From assembly GCA_963715005.1 (NCBI GenBank), contig CAVQQO010000006.1, positions 293,293 through 357,292 of the forward strand: a stretch of 64,000 bases of DNA. The letters run 5' to 3'. Position numbers and translations under genes: made by a program. The stretch's first letter is position 1. Each line of letters starts with the position of its first letter. Of the stretch, positions 34,206-45,390 are shown in pieces. The notes beneath the pieces were generated by a model, which did no database searches, was not told the DNA's origin, and saw only the letters and a list, made by a program, of their open reading frames with translations. Source of the stretch: an uncultured beta proteobacterium (GTDB taxonomy: Bacteria; Pseudomonadota; Gammaproteobacteria; Burkholderiales; Gallionellaceae).

Positions 34206-34978
34206 TTTGTTTCCTTTTCTTGTGCGGAAGCTTGTTCCTGCTGGTACTCTGCCAGTAGCCGAGCTTCCTGTTTAGTCAACTGGCGTGATGCCAGCAAATC
34301 CGGGCGACGTTCCGCAGTCCTGCCTAATGCCTGCTTCAATCGCCACTTCTCTATCTCGGCGTGGTGCCCGGACATCAATACTTCCGGAACCGCCACACCG
34401 TTATAAACCTCGGGCCGCGTGTAGTGCGGACAATCCAGCAGGCCCTGCACGAAGGAATCCTGCTGCGCCGATGCGTCGTCGCCCAATACGCCGGGAATCT
34501 GCCGCACCACGCTGTCCATCACCACCATCGCTGCCAACTCGCCACCGGACAACACGTAATCGCCGATGGAAAGCTCTTCATCCACTTGCTGGCGCAACAG
34601 GCGCTCATCCACGCCTTCGTAACGACTCGCCAGCAATATCAATCCTTCGTCCCGCGCCAGCAGTTCCATCACCACTTCGTGGGTGAGCTGCCTGCCTTGC
34701 GGCGAGAGGTGGATCACACAACTCTTCTTCGCTCCGCTTTGCGCCTGCGCTGCTTTCGCTGCGCTGATCGCCTTTTCCAGCGGTTCCGCCAACATCACCA
34801 TCCCGGGGCCGCCGCCGTAGGGACGGTCGTCGATGGTGCGGTAGTTGTCGGTCGTGAAATCGCGCGGATTCCACGTCTGCAACTCAAACCTGCCCTGCTC
34901 TGCCGCCCGTCGCGTCACACCATATTTGGTGAGCGCGTCGAACATCTCGGGGAACAGCGTAACGACATCAAACCTCAT
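34202..34978 (-). CDS. trmD: tRNA m1G37 methyltransferase
   Basis: [30 protein letters not shown]. Confidence 0.98.
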   Translation of the reverse strand: MRFDVVTLFPEMFDALTKYGVTRRAAEQGRFELQTWNPRDFTTDNYRTIDDRPYGGGPGMVMLAEPLEKAISAAKAAQAQSGAKKSCVIHLSPQGRQLTHEVVMELLARDEGLILLASRYEGVDERLLRQQVDEELSIGDYVLSGGELAAMVVMDSVVRQIPGVLGDDASAQQDSFVQGLLDCPHYTRPEVYNGVAVPEVLMSGHHAEIEKWRLKQALGRTAERRPDLLASRQLTKQEARLLAEYQQEQASAQEKETK

Positions 34979-35475
34979 TTGAGGTAGTCCGCCTGCCAAT
35001 CCACCAGGATCTTTTTATTCTTCAGATCCACTTGTTGGATAACGCTGGCAATGAACGGCATCAACGTTTCGCCGCGCTCGCCCTTGACCACCAGCACGTC
35101 GTTGGCCCCGGTCTCCAGCAAAGAATCCACCGTACCGAACGCCTCGCCCGCCAGATTCTCCACTGACAGGCCAATCAAGTCGGACCAGTAGTATTCGCCT
35201 TCCGCCTGCTCCGGCAAACTGTCGCGCGGAACCGCGATCAACAGACCTTTGCATTTTTCGGCTGCCGTGCGGTCGACGATACCCTGCAATTTGGCGATCA
35301 ATACCTTGCCGCCATGCACATTCGCTTCGAGCACTTGCAGCGGACGCCAGGCTTGTTCGTTGCCCACATACCAGGTGTCATAATCGAGCAGGCTGTCCAG
35401 ATACTCGGTAAAGGTCTGCACCTTCACCCATCCCTGGATACCCTGCGCCGCGACCACCTTCCCCATGACGACCAT
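34975..35475 (-). CDS. rimM: Ribosome maturation factor RimM
   Basis: [27 protein letters not shown]; start could be GTG 35508. Confidence 0.95.
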   Translation of the reverse strand: MVVMGKVVAAQGIQGWVKVQTFTEYLDSLLDYDTWYVGNEQAWRPLQVLEANVHGGKVLIAKLQGIVDRTAAEKCKGLLIAVPRDSLPEQAEGEYYWSDLIGLSVENLAGEAFGTVDSLLETGANDVLVVKGERGETLMPFIASVIQQVDLKNKKILVDWQADYLK

Positions 35476-35488
35476 GGGGCTTGCCTCA

Positions 35489-35743
35489 TCAGGCCTTGGC
35501 TGCTGCACCGGCTTTTTTGACCAAACGGCCTACGGTCTCGCTCAGTTGCGCACCGCGCTCTTGCCAATGTGTCACGCGATCCAGCTGGATGCGCAGACCT
35601 TCAGCGCCTTCAGATGCCAGCGGATTGTAGAAGCCGATACGCTCGATGAAACGACCGTCACGACGATTGCGGGAATCCGCAACCACTACGTTGTAATACG
35701 GACGATTCTTCGAACCGCCACGAGAAAGACGAATGACTACCAT
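35489..35743 (-). CDS. rpsP: 30S ribosomal protein S16
   Basis: [26 protein letters not shown]. Confidence 0.98.
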   Translation of the reverse strand: MVVIRLSRGGSKNRPYYNVVVADSRNRRDGRFIERIGFYNPLASEGAEGLRIQLDRVTHWQERGAQLSETVGRLVKKAGAAAKA

Positions 35744-35841
35744 AATGATTACCCGATAAAAATTGATTTGGCCAATGCCAAAGGGCGCGAATTCTACGAT
35801 ACCTCGTTGAATTTTGGCAAGGATTCTTTCAAGAGCCGGAA

Positions 35842-36654
35842 TCAGCGGTGCAGGACGACTTCCAGTACGAATTGGGTGCCCAGATAGGCCAATACCAGGA
35901 ATCCAAAGCCGCTCAGCGTCCAACGCACCGCCGTATGCCCGCGCCAGCCACGGAAATGGTGCCCCCACAACAAGATGGCAAACACCAACCAGGAAAGCAT
36001 CCCGAACACCACCTTATGACTGAACTGCCAAGGGTGGCCGAATATCTTCTCGGAAAACAGCATGCCGGAAGCGACAGTAATGGTCAGCAACACGAAACCC
36101 GCACCGATGACGCGAAACAACAAAGACTCCATGGTCAGCAACGGCGGCAGGTTGCGCAACACCTTGGGCAGCTTGGCATGATGCAGACGCTTTTCGACTA
36201 TCGACATCAGGGCTGCATGCAAGGCAGCGATGGTGAACAAACTGTAAGCCAGCATTGCCATCAATACATGGGTATCAAACAAGCCCGACGCAGGCTGCGA
36301 CAGGATGTGCGCATCGGGGAAGATCGCGGGCAGCGCTGTACTGACAGCAGCCAGCGGCAACACCAGAGTCTGCAAACTGGATAACGGATAGAAATACCGC
36401 GCCAGCCAATACACCAGCACGGTCAGCCACAGGATCAGCGACAGCGCGTACACCAGCCCCAGATTCAATGCCCCCCATATAAAGAGAGTGTCGTACAGCA
36501 GCCAGCCGTGCAGCGCCAACGGCACGATGACCGCAAAGCCCAGCGCCCCCCGATTCTGCTGCTCGGCATTGCCCGCGGCCTGCGCGCGCCAGAACAGAAT
36601 AGCCAGTACGGAATAAAGGACAAACGTGAGCAAATGCAGGGCTTGGTTCGACAT
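35842..36654 (-). CDS. YpjD/CcsA-like cytochrome c assembly family membrane protein
   Basis: Multi-[19 protein letters not shown]; divergent from ffh as usual. Confidence 0.9.
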   Translation of the reverse strand: MSNQALHLLTFVLYSVLAILFWRAQAAGNAEQQNRGALGFAVIVPLALHGWLLYDTLFIWGALNLGLVYALSLILWLTVLVYWLARYFYPLSSLQTLVLPLAAVSTALPAIFPDAHILSQPASGLFDTHVLMAMLAYSLFTIAALHAALMSIVEKRLHHAKLPKVLRNLPPLLTMESLLFRVIGAGFVLLTITVASGMLFSEKIFGHPWQFSHKVVFGMLSWLVFAILLWGHHFRGWRGHTAVRWTLSGFGFLVLAYLGTQFVLEVVLHR

Positions 36655-36748
36655 GGGGAGTGCAGATGTTTTAGACTGTGCGGATTCTACAGGAAGCGCC
36701 GGAAAAGTGTCTGCACCGGCGTAGCCGCAAAACATCGGAATCTAAATC

Positions 36749-38101
36749 ATGCTGGATAACCTCACACAACGCTTCACGGGTATCGTCAAGAATCTGCGCG
36801 GGCAGGCGCGGCTGACCGAAAGCAACATTCAGGATGCACTCAGAGAAGTGCGCCTCGCCTTGCTGGAAGCTGACGTTGCGCTACCGGTGGTCAAGGAATT
36901 CATCTCCACCGTGAAGGAAGCCGCACTGGGCCAGGAAGTCATCGGCAACCTGCAACCGGGACAAGCGCTGATCGGCGTGGTGAACCGCGAGTTGACCAAG
37001 CTGATGGGCGAGCACAACGATGCGCTCAACCTCGCCACCGTGCCGCCCGCCGTGATCCTGATGGCCGGCCTGCAGGGCGCCGGCAAGACCACCAGCAGCG
37101 GCAAGCTGGCCAAGCTGTTGCGCGAACAGAACAAGAAGAAAGTGTTGCTGGTGAGCTGCGACGTATACCGCCCGGCCGCCATCGAACAATTGCGCACACT
37201 GGCGCAGCAGCTGGAGATCGATTTCTTCGCTTCCGATGCCAGCCAGAAACCGCTGGACATCGCCCTTGCCGCCCACGACTTCGCGCGCAAGCATCACCAT
37301 GACGTGCTGATCGTCGACACTGCCGGTCGCCTCGCCGTGGACGAAGCGATGATGGCCGAGATCAAAGATCTGCACGCAGCGCTGAAGCCCATCGAGACCC
37401 TGTTCGTGGTCGATGCGATGACCGGCCAGGACGCCGTGAATACCGCCAAGGCTTTTGGCGATACGCTTCCGCTCACCGGCATCATTCTCACCAAGCTGGA
37501 TGGTGATGCGCGCGGCGGTGCGGCATTGTCGGTGCGGCAGATCACCGGCAAACCGATCAAGTTCGTCGGCGTCAGCGAAAAACCGAACGGCCTCGAAGCC
37601 TTCCACCCCGAGCGCATGGCGCAACGCATCCTCGGCATGGGCGACGTGCTGTCGCTGCTGGAAGAAGCCCAGCGCAATGTGGATATCGGCGAAGCAGAAA
37701 AGCTGGCAAAGAAAATGCACAGCGGCAAAGGCTTCGACCTCAACGACTTCAAGATGCAGATCGTGCAGATGAAGAAGATGGGAGGCATGTCCGCACTGAT
37801 GGACAAACTGCCCGCACAACTCGCCCAGGCGGCCGCCAACCGCCAAGGTCGACGAACGCCAGATCAACCGCACCGAAGGCATCATCAACTCGATGACGCC
37901 CTACGAGCGCACCCACCCCGAGCAGATCAAAGCCTCGCGCAAAAAACGCATCGCGGCCGGCGCGGGCGTGCAGGTGATGCACGTCAACCAGTTGCTGAAC
38001 CAGTTCGAGCAGTCGCAGAAGATGATGAAGATGTTCAGCGGCAAGGGCGTGATGGCAAAGATGATGCGCGGCATGGCGGCAAGTTTCCGGGGATGCGTTA
38101 A
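36749..38101 (+). CDS. ffh: Signal recognition particle protein (compensating apparent frameshifts near 37840 and 38075)
   Basis: GLQGAGKTT, DTAGR, TKLDG, M-domain SRKKRIAAGAG in the shifted frame. Confidence 0.97.
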   Translation: MLDNLTQRFTGIVKNLRGQARLTESNIQDALREVRLALLEADVALPVVKEFISTVKEAALGQEVIGNLQPGQALIGVVNRELTKLMGEHNDALNLATVPPAVILMAGLQGAGKTTSSGKLAKLLREQNKKKVLLVSCDVYRPAAIEQLRTLAQQLEIDFFASDASQKPLDIALAAHDFARKHHHDVLIVDTAGRLAVDEAMMAEIKDLHAALKPIETLFVVDAMTGQDAVNTAKAFGDTLPLTGIILTKLDGDARGGAALSVRQITGKPIKFVGVSEKPNGLEAFHPERMAQRILGMGDVLSLLEEAQRNVDIGEAEKLAKKMHSGKGFDLNDFKMQIVQMKKMGGMSALMDKLPAQLAQAAANRQGRRTPDQPHRRHHQLDDALRAHPPRADQSLAQKTHRGRRGRAGDARQPVAEPVRAVAEDDEDVQRQGRDGKDDARHGGKFPGMR

Positions 38102-38120
38102 CGCTTATCCAATACACAGA

Positions 38121-38134
38121 TTGACGCAGATCAA
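38121..38134. promoter_or_regulatory. Possible FNR/Anr box upstream of cbbY
   Basis: TTGAC-GCAG-ATCAA versus consensus TTGAT-N4-ATCAA; lies inside a larger inverted repeat. Confidence 0.35.
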
Positions 38135-38221
38135 TGCATTACTGACTGTCGAATCTGTTTATCTGCGCAATCAGCGGATATTGAATTTCAAAATAGACCA
38201 ACTCTCAACAAAGCAATCAAC

Positions 38222-38927
38222 ATGACCATCAAAGCCATCATATTCGACGTGGACGGCACACTGGCCGATACCGAAGACGCGCACCGCATCGCCTTCAACA
38301 AGACGTTCGCCGAGAACGATCTTCCCTGGAACTGGGATGTGGCGCTGTACGACAAGCTGCTCAAGGTGACGGGCGGCAAGGAGCGCATCAAGCACTACGT
38401 CGAAAGTTATCTGCCGGATTTTAAAAAGCCCGCCGATTACGAAGGCTTCGTGAAGAACCTGCATGTGCAGAAGACCGCGCATTACACCGCCGCGCTGCGC
38501 GACGGCCATATCCCGCTGCGGCCCGGCATCAAGCAGCTCATCGGCGATGCACACAAGGCCGGCATCAGGCTGGCCATCTCCACCACCACCTCGCCGGAGA
38601 ATGTCGCCGCCTTGCTGGAAGTCGGCTTGGGACAAGGACTGGGCAAAGCATTTCGATGCCATCGGCTGCGGCGACATCGTCCCGCAGAAGAAGCCAGCGC
38701 CGGACATCTACAACTGGGTGCTGAACGAACTCAAGCTCGCGCCGCAGGATTGCATCGCACTGGAAGACTCCTATAACGGCTTGCGCTCCGCACTGGCGGC
38801 TGGCATCAAGACCTACATCACGACCAACCCCTACACGCACAAACAGGATTTCGCCGATGCGGCGGCCGTGTTCGATGACCTAAGCGACTTGGCGAACTTC
38901 TACAAGGTCACCGGCCTGCGCATTTAG
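38222..38927 (+). CDS. cbbY: CbbY-family HAD hydrolase (apparent frameshift near 38632)
   Basis: FDVDGTLADTEDAHRIAFN, WNWDVALY..LL.VTGGKERI, KKPAPDIY, EDS.NGL. Confidence 0.85.
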
Positions 38928-38984
38928 GCAGTTTGGCCGGTTTCCTGCTAACCTTGCAGGAAATTCAATCGTCAGCAAAACATC

Positions 38985-40503
38985 ATGCAAAGCTATCTCA
39001 AACGTATCCTCACTGCCCGCGTCTATGACGTGGCGATCGAATCGCCGCTGGAACACGCGCCCAACCTGTCGGCGCGCATCGGCAACACCGTGCTGTTCAA
39101 GCGCGAAGACATGCAGCCGGTGTTCTCTTTCAAGCTGCGCGGCGCATACAACAAGATGGCGCAACTCACTCCCGAGCAACTCAAGCGCGGCGTGATCGCC
39201 GCCTCGGCGGGCAACCATGCGCAGGGCGTAGCGCTCTCCGCCAACCGCCTCGGATGCAAGGCTGTCATCGTGATGCCGACCACCACGCCGCAAGTCAAGA
39301 TCGACGCGGTCAAGCATTTCGGCCAGCGTTCCGTGGAGATCGTGCTGTACGGCGACAGCTACAGCGATGCCTGCAGCCACGCGTATGAGCTTGAGAAAGA
39401 AAGACAGCTCACTTTCGTGCACCCGTTCGACGATCCCGATGTGATCGCCGGACAAGGCACCATCGCCATGGAGATACTGCGCCAGCACCAGGCGCCGATC
39501 CACGCCATCTTCTGCGCCATCGGCGGCGGCGGACTGATCGCGGGCGTGGCGGCCTACGTCAAACAAGTGCGCCCCGACATCAAGATCATCGGCGTGCAGA
39601 CCACCGATTCCGATGCCATGGCACGCTCGCTCAAAGCCAGGAAGCGCGTCACGCTCAACGATGTCGGCCTGTTCTCGGACGGCACGGCGGTCAAGCAAGT
39701 CGGCGAAGAGACCTTCCGCCTCTGCAAGCAAGTATGTGGACGAGATCGTGCTGGTGGATACCGATGCGGTGTGCGCGGCGATCAAGGACGTGTTCCAGGA
39801 CACACGCTCCATCCTCGAACCGGCGGGTGCACTGGCGATCGCCGGCGCCAAGCTGTACGCCAAGCGCGAGCAACTCAAAGGCGAGACGCTCATCCCCATC
39901 GCCTGCGGCGCGAACATGAACTTCGACCGTTTGCGTTTCGTCGCCGAGCGCGCCGAGAGCGGCGAGAAGCGCGAAGCCATCCTCGCCGTCACCATCCCCG
40001 AGACGCCCGGCAGCTTCCGCAAGTTCTGCTCGCTGCTCGGCAAGCGCAATATCACCGAGTTCAACTACCGCTACGCCGACCCGAAAGCGGCGCAGGTGTT
40101 CGTCGGCATCCAGGTGAAAGACCAGTCGGAAACTGCCGATCTGGTGGAAAAACTGCAGCGCAGCAAGTTGCCCACGCTCGACCTCTCCGACAACGAGATG
40201 GCCAAACTGCATCTGCGCCACCTGGTCGGCGGCCACGCGCCGGAGGCCAAGGACGAGATCCTGTTCCGCTTCGAGTTCCCGGAGCGTCCCGGTGCGCTGA
40301 TGAATTTCCTCAACAGCATGAGCCACAACTGGAACATCTCGCTGTTCCACTACCGCAACCACGGTGCGGACTACGGCCGCGTGCTGGTCGGCATGCAGGT
40401 GCCGCGCACCGACAAAAAAGCGCTCAAGACCTTCCTCGATACCCTCGGCTATCCGTACTGGGACGAGAGCGACAACCCGGCCTATCGGCTGTTCTTGGGG
40501 TAA
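38985..40503 (+). CDS. ilvA: Threonine ammonia-lyase, biosynthetic (apparent frameshift near 39731)
   Basis: SFKLRGAYNK, ASAGNHAQG, ACT domains FEFPERPGAL, LFHYRNHG. Confidence 0.97.
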
Positions 40504-40509
40504 AGCCGG

Positions 40510-40815
40510 GTGAGCACGGACTCTTTCCGTGACTTCGCGTTAGAGCAACTTGCCGCTCTTGACGACCTGCGCTGCAAGCGCATGTTCGGCGGCCATGGCC
40601 TTTATTCGGGTGAGGTTTTCTTCGGCATCCTGTTCGACGGTCGGCTGTATTTCAAGACGCACCCCGACACGTTGCCGGATTATCTGGCCCGTCATGCCCC
40701 TGTTTTCGACCCTTCGGAAAAACAAATATTGAAGAATTACCGCGAAGTTCCTGTAGATATACTGGAAGATGCGGTGCAATTGGCGGCATGGGCACGAAAG
40801 GCAGCACGGCAATGA
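40510..40815 (+). CDS. TfoX N-terminal domain protein
   Basis: KRMFGGHGLY...LYFK motif. Confidence 0.85.
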   Translation: MSTDSFRDFALEQLAALDDLRCKRMFGGHGLYSGEVFFGILFDGRLYFKTHPDTLPDYLARHAPVFDPSEKQILKNYREVPVDILEDAVQLAAWARKAARQ

Positions 40816-41399
40816 ACATCCAAGCTAGGAAGCAGGCACTCAGGCAAAGTATAATCGCCGCCCGCGAAAAGCTGGGGGCGCCTGAAAATCTGCGTCTAAG
40901 CCGCGCCGTTATTGGGGCTATGTGCGATTTACCTGCCTATCGGCAGGCGCAGAAGGTGCTGGGTTATCTGAATTTTGGTTCGGAATTGGCTGCTGAATTG
41001 TGGGTACAACAGGCTTTGGCCGACGGCAAGCAGGTTTTACTGCCGCGCGTGAACAAGGCAAGCAAGCACTTGGACTTATATCAGGTGCAGGATTTAGAAC
41101 GTGACGTAGCGCCCGGCTTGTGGGGCATACGTGAACCGGTCGTAGAGCGCTGTATAAAAGAAGATGCTCCGGGAACAGTGGATTTCATCCTGTTACCCGG
41201 TGTCGCGTTCACCCGCGAGGGTGCGCGTTTAGGATACGGCGGCGGCTTTTACGACAAACTGCTGGCGCGCATGCCGCATCGACCGACGCTGGTCGCCGGG
41301 GCATTCGCGCTGCAGGTAGTGCAAGAGATTCCGTTGGAAAGTACCGACCATAAGGTGGAATGGTTGGTGACGGAGAATGAAACGATACGTTGCAACTGA
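40812..41399 (+). CDS. 5-formyltetrahydrofolate cyclo-ligase
   Basis: WGIREP, PGVAF..GARLGYGGGFYDKLL. Confidence 0.93.
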   Translation: MNIQARKQALRQSIIAAREKLGAPENLRLSRAVIGAMCDLPAYRQAQKVLGYLNFGSELAAELWVQQALADGKQVLLPRVNKASKHLDLYQVQDLERDVAPGLWGIREPVVERCIKEDAPGTVDFILLPGVAFTREGARLGYGGGFYDKLLARMPHRPTLVAGAFALQVVQEIPLESTDHKVEWLVTENETIRCN

Positions 41400-41414
41400 A
41401 GGAGAGAGTAAGCG

Positions 41415-44078
41415 ATGGCAACACAGCAACCGCAGAATCTGGATAACGATCCGCAAGAAACCCAAGAGTGGCTGGAAGCTCTCCAGTCCGTACTGGAAAA
41501 GGAAGGCGCCGAGCGCGCTCATTTCCTGCTGGATCAGCTGATCCACCATGCGCGCCTGGCCGGCGACGATATGCCGATCAGCGCTACCACGCCTTACCTC
41601 AATACCATCCCGCTCGACAAAGAAGAACGTTCGCCGGGCAACAAGGAACTGGAACACCGCATCCGCGCGTTGATGCGCTGGAACGCGATGGCGATCGTGA
41701 TGAACGCCAACAAGGAATCGTCCGAACTGGGTGGCCACATCGCCAGCTTCGCTTCGGCAGCGACTCTATATGATGTCGCCTTCAACCATTTCTTCCACGG
41801 CAAGACCGACGACCACGGCGGCGACCTGGTGTATTTCCAGGGCCACTCCTCGCCCGGCATGTACGCGCGCGCCTTCCTCGAAGGCCGCCTCTCCGAAGAA
41901 CAACTCTATAAGTTCCGTCAGGAAGTGGATGGCGACGGCTTGTCTTCCTATCCGCACCCATGGCTGATGCCGAACTTCTGGCAGTTCCCCACCGTGTCCA
42001 TGGGCCTCGGCCCGTTGATGGCGATTTACCAGGCGCGCTTCATGCGTTACCTGCAGCATCGCAATCTGGCGCAGACCGAAGGACGCAAGGTATGGGCATT
42101 CCTCGGCGACGGCGAGACCGATGAGCCGGAATCGCTGGGCGCTATCTCGATGGCCGGGCGCGAACGGTTGGACAATCTGGTCTTCGTCATCAACTGTAAC
42201 CTGCAACGTCTGGACGGCCCGGTACGCGGCAACGGCAAGATCATCCAGGAACTGGAAGGCGTGTTCCGCGGTGCAGGCTGGAACGTGGTCAAAGTCATCT
42301 GGGGCGGCAAGTGGGATCGCCTGCTGGCCAAGGACAAGACCGGCCTGCTGCTGAAGCGCATGGAAGAAGTGGTGGATGGCGAGTATCAGACTTACAAATC
42401 CAGAGATGGCGCTTACGTGCGCCAGCACTTCTTCGGCAAGTATCCTGAATTGCTGGAGCTGGTCGCCGACATGTCGGACGACGAGATCTGGCGCCTGAAC
42501 CGCGGCGGTCACGATCCGCACAAGGTGTTCGCAGCTTACGCGGCCGCCAACAAGCACAAAGGCCAGCCGACGGTGATCCTCGCCAAGACGGTGAAGGGTT
42601 ACGGCATGGGCGAAGCGGGCGAAGCACAGAACCCGACTCACCAGCAGAAGAAGATGGGCGAAGACGCGCTGCGCCAGTTCCGCGACCGCTTCAACATCCC
42701 GGTCACGGACGAACAGCTGACCAAGCTGCCGTTCATCCGCCCGGCAGAAGACAGCCAGGAGATGAAGTACCTGCGCGAGCGCGGCGCGGCAATGGGCACC
42801 ATCCCCGCACGCAAACCCGTCGCAACCAAGCTCGAAATCCCCGACCTTTCTGCGTTCGATGCTTTGCTGAAAGCCAGCGAAGATCGCGAGTTCTCCACCA
42901 CCATGGCGTTCGTGCGCATGCTCGGCGTACTGGTGAAGGACAAGAACATCGGCAAGCAGATCGTGCCTATCGTGCCGGATGAATCGCGCACTTTCGGCAT
43001 GGAAGGCATGTTCCGCCAGCTCGGCATCTTCTCGCAGGTCGGCCAGCTGTACACGCCGCAGGACGCCGACCAGCTGATGTTCTACAAGGAATCCGAATCC
43101 GGCCAGATCCTGCAGGAAGGCATCAATGAAGCCGGCGGCATGGCCGACTGGATCGCTGCAGCGACTTCATACGCCAACCACGGCGTGGCGATGATCCCGT
43201 TCTACATCTACTACTCGATGTTCGGCTTCCAGCGTATCGGCGACATGGCTTGGGCGGCGGGCGACCTGCGCGCGCGCGGCTTCCTCGTCGGCGGTACCGC
43301 GGGGCGCACCACGCTCAACGGCGAAGGCCTGCAGCATCAGGACGGCCACAGCCACCTGATGGCAGCGACCATCCCCAACTGCGTGTCGTACGACCCGACC
43401 TTCGCCTATGAACTCGCGGTGATCGTGCAGGACGGCATGCGCCGCATGTACCAGAACCAGGAAGACGTGTTCTATTACCTCACGGTGATGAACGAGAACT
43501 ACGCCCATCCGGCCATGCCGAAGGGCGCGGAGGAAGGCATCATCAAGGGGATGTACAAGTTCAGCGCCAGCAAGGCCAAGGCAAAAGCCCGTGTGCAATT
43601 GCTGGGCAGCGGCACTATCCTGCGCGAAGTGATCGCCGCCGGCGAACTGCTGGAGAAGGACTTCGGCATCGCTGCCGACGTGTGGAGCGTGACCAGCTTC
43701 AACGAGCTGCGCCGCGAAGGTATTGACTGCGAACGCTGGAACACCCTGCATCCGGAAGCCAAGGCGCGCGTGAGCTACGTCGAGCAGTCGCTGGATGCGA
43801 AGACCCCGGTCATCGCTGCCACGGACTACATCCGTTCCTATGCCGACCAGATTCGCCCCTTCGTCAAAGCGCAATACAAGACGCTGGGCACTGACGGTTT
43901 CGGCCGCTCGGATACGCGCAAGAAACTGCGCGGCTTCTTCGAGGTGGACCGTTTCTACGTTGCGGTTGCCGCACTCAAGGCACTGGCAGACGAGGGCACC
44001 ATCCCGGCGAGCGAAGTGAGCAAGGCGATCAAGCTCTACAAGATCAACCCCGACAAACCGAACCCAGTGACGGTTTAA
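41415..44078 (+). CDS. aceE: Pyruvate dehydrogenase E1
   Basis: GDGETDEPES TPP motif, QFPTVSMGLG, GTDGFGRSD. Confidence 0.98.
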   Translation: MATQQPQNLDNDPQETQEWLEALQSVLEKEGAERAHFLLDQLIHHARLAGDDMPISATTPYLNTIPLDKEERSPGNKELEHRIRALMRWNAMAIVMNANKESSELGGHIASFASAATLYDVAFNHFFHGKTDDHGGDLVYFQGHSSPGMYARAFLEGRLSEEQLYKFRQEVDGDGLSSYPHPWLMPNFWQFPTVSMGLGPLMAIYQARFMRYLQHRNLAQTEGRKVWAFLGDGETDEPESLGAISMAGRERLDNLVFVINCNLQRLDGPVRGNGKIIQELEGVFRGAGWNVVKVIWGGKWDRLLAKDKTGLLLKRMEEVVDGEYQTYKSRDGAYVRQHFFGKYPELLELVADMSDDEIWRLNRGGHDPHKVFAAYAAANKHKGQPTVILAKTVKGYGMGEAGEAQNPTHQQKKMGEDALRQFRDRFNIPVTDEQLTKLPFIRPAEDSQEMKYLRERGAAMGTIPARKPVATKLEIPDLSAFDALLKASEDREFSTTMAFVRMLGVLVKDKNIGKQIVPIVPDESRTFGMEGMFRQLGIFSQVGQLYTPQDADQLMFYKESESGQILQEGINEAGGMADWIAAATSYANHGVAMIPFYIYYSMFGFQRIGDMAWAAGDLRARGFLVGGTAGRTTLNGEGLQHQDGHSHLMAATIPNCVSYDPTFAYELAVIVQDGMRRMYQNQEDVFYYLTVMNENYAHPAMPKGAEEGIIKGMYKFSASKAKAKARVQLLGSGTILREVIAAGELLEKDFGIAADVWSVTSFNELRREGIDCERWNTLHPEAKARVSYVEQSLDAKTPVIAATDYIRSYADQIRPFVKAQYKTLGTDGFGRSDTRKKLRGFFEVDRFYVAVAALKALADEGTIPASEVSKAIKLYKINPDKPNPVTV

Positions 44079-44093
44079 GGCGAGGAGACCAGC

Positions 44094-45387
44094 GTGGCAG
44101 AAATCAAGAATGTATTGGTGCCGGATATCGGCAATTTCAAAGGTGTGGCAGTCATCGAAGTATCCGTGAAAGCGGGTGACAAGGTAACTGCTGAACAAAC
44201 GCTCATCACCGTGGAGACCGACAAGGCGACCATGGATGTGCCTGCGCCGTTCGACGGCGTTGTGAAAGAAGTGAAGGTGAAGGTCGGCGACAAGGTATCG
44301 GAAGGCGACCTGATCGTTTTGATGCAAGCCAGCGGCAGTGCTGCGCAAGCAGCGGCTCCGGCGGCTGCGCCCGCACCCCAAGCTGCAGCACCCGTTGCCG
44401 CACCTGCAGCCAAAGCTGCGCCAGTTGCCGCACCCGCTGCAGTTACGACGGTCAGCGCTCCGGCAGCTGCAGGCGGCAGCGCCCACGCCAGCCCGTCCAT
44501 CCGCCGCTTCGCGCGCGAACTGGGTGTGGATCTGACGCAAGTCAGGGGCAGCGGCGAAAAAGGTCGCGTCACCAAGGACGACGTGCAGAACTTCGTCAAA
44601 CAATCGCTGGCACAGCCGCGCGGCGCGGCGGCCTCCGGCGGCGCCTTGCCCGGATTGCTGCCGTGGCCGGAAGTGGACTTCGCCAAGTTCGGCGCGATCG
44701 AGACCAAAGCGCTGTCGCGCATCAAGAAGATCTCCGGCGCCAACCTGCACCGCAACTGGGTAATGATCCCGCATGTCACGCAGTTCGAAGAAGCCGACAT
44801 CAGCGAGATGGAAGCCTTCCGCAAGGAGCTCGGTGCGGAATACGCCAAGCAGAACATCAAAATCACCCCGCTCGCCTTCATGCTCAAGGCCTGCGCGATC
44901 ACGCTGAAGCACTTCCCCGATTTCTGCGCATCGCTGGATGCCAGCCGGCGAGAACCTGGTGCTGAAGAAATACATCCATATCGGCGTGGCCGTGGATACG
45001 CCGGACGGCCTGATGGTGCCGGTGATACGCGACGTGGACCAGAAAGGCATCGTGCAGCTGGCGAAGGAGCTGGGCGAAGTCAGCGTGCGTGCACGCGAGA
45101 AGAAGATCACTGCTGCCGACATGCAGGGCGGCTGTTTCACCATCTCCAGCCTGGGCGGCATCGGCGGCACTTCGTTCACGCCGATCATCAATGCGCCTGA
45201 GGTGGCCATCCTGGGCGTGTCGCGTTCCAGCATGAAACCGGTGTGGAAGGATGGCGAGTTCGTGCCGCGCCTGATGCTGCCGCTGTCGCTGTCCTACGAT
45301 CACCGCGTGATCGATGGTGCGGCTGGCGCACGTTTCACCACTTATCTCGCGCAGGTGCTGTCCGACATGCGCCGTCTGGCACTCTGA
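44094..45387 (+). CDS. aceF: Pyruvate dehydrogenase E2, single lipoyl domain (apparent frameshift near 44946)
   Basis: ETDKA lipoyl motif, Ala/Pro linker, [22 protein letters not shown]. Confidence 0.97.
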
Positions 45388-45390
45388 TCG

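Noticed and set aside
44340-44475. Repetitive GCx/CCx tract
   Set aside because: Ordinary Ala/Pro linker of the PDH E2 subunit
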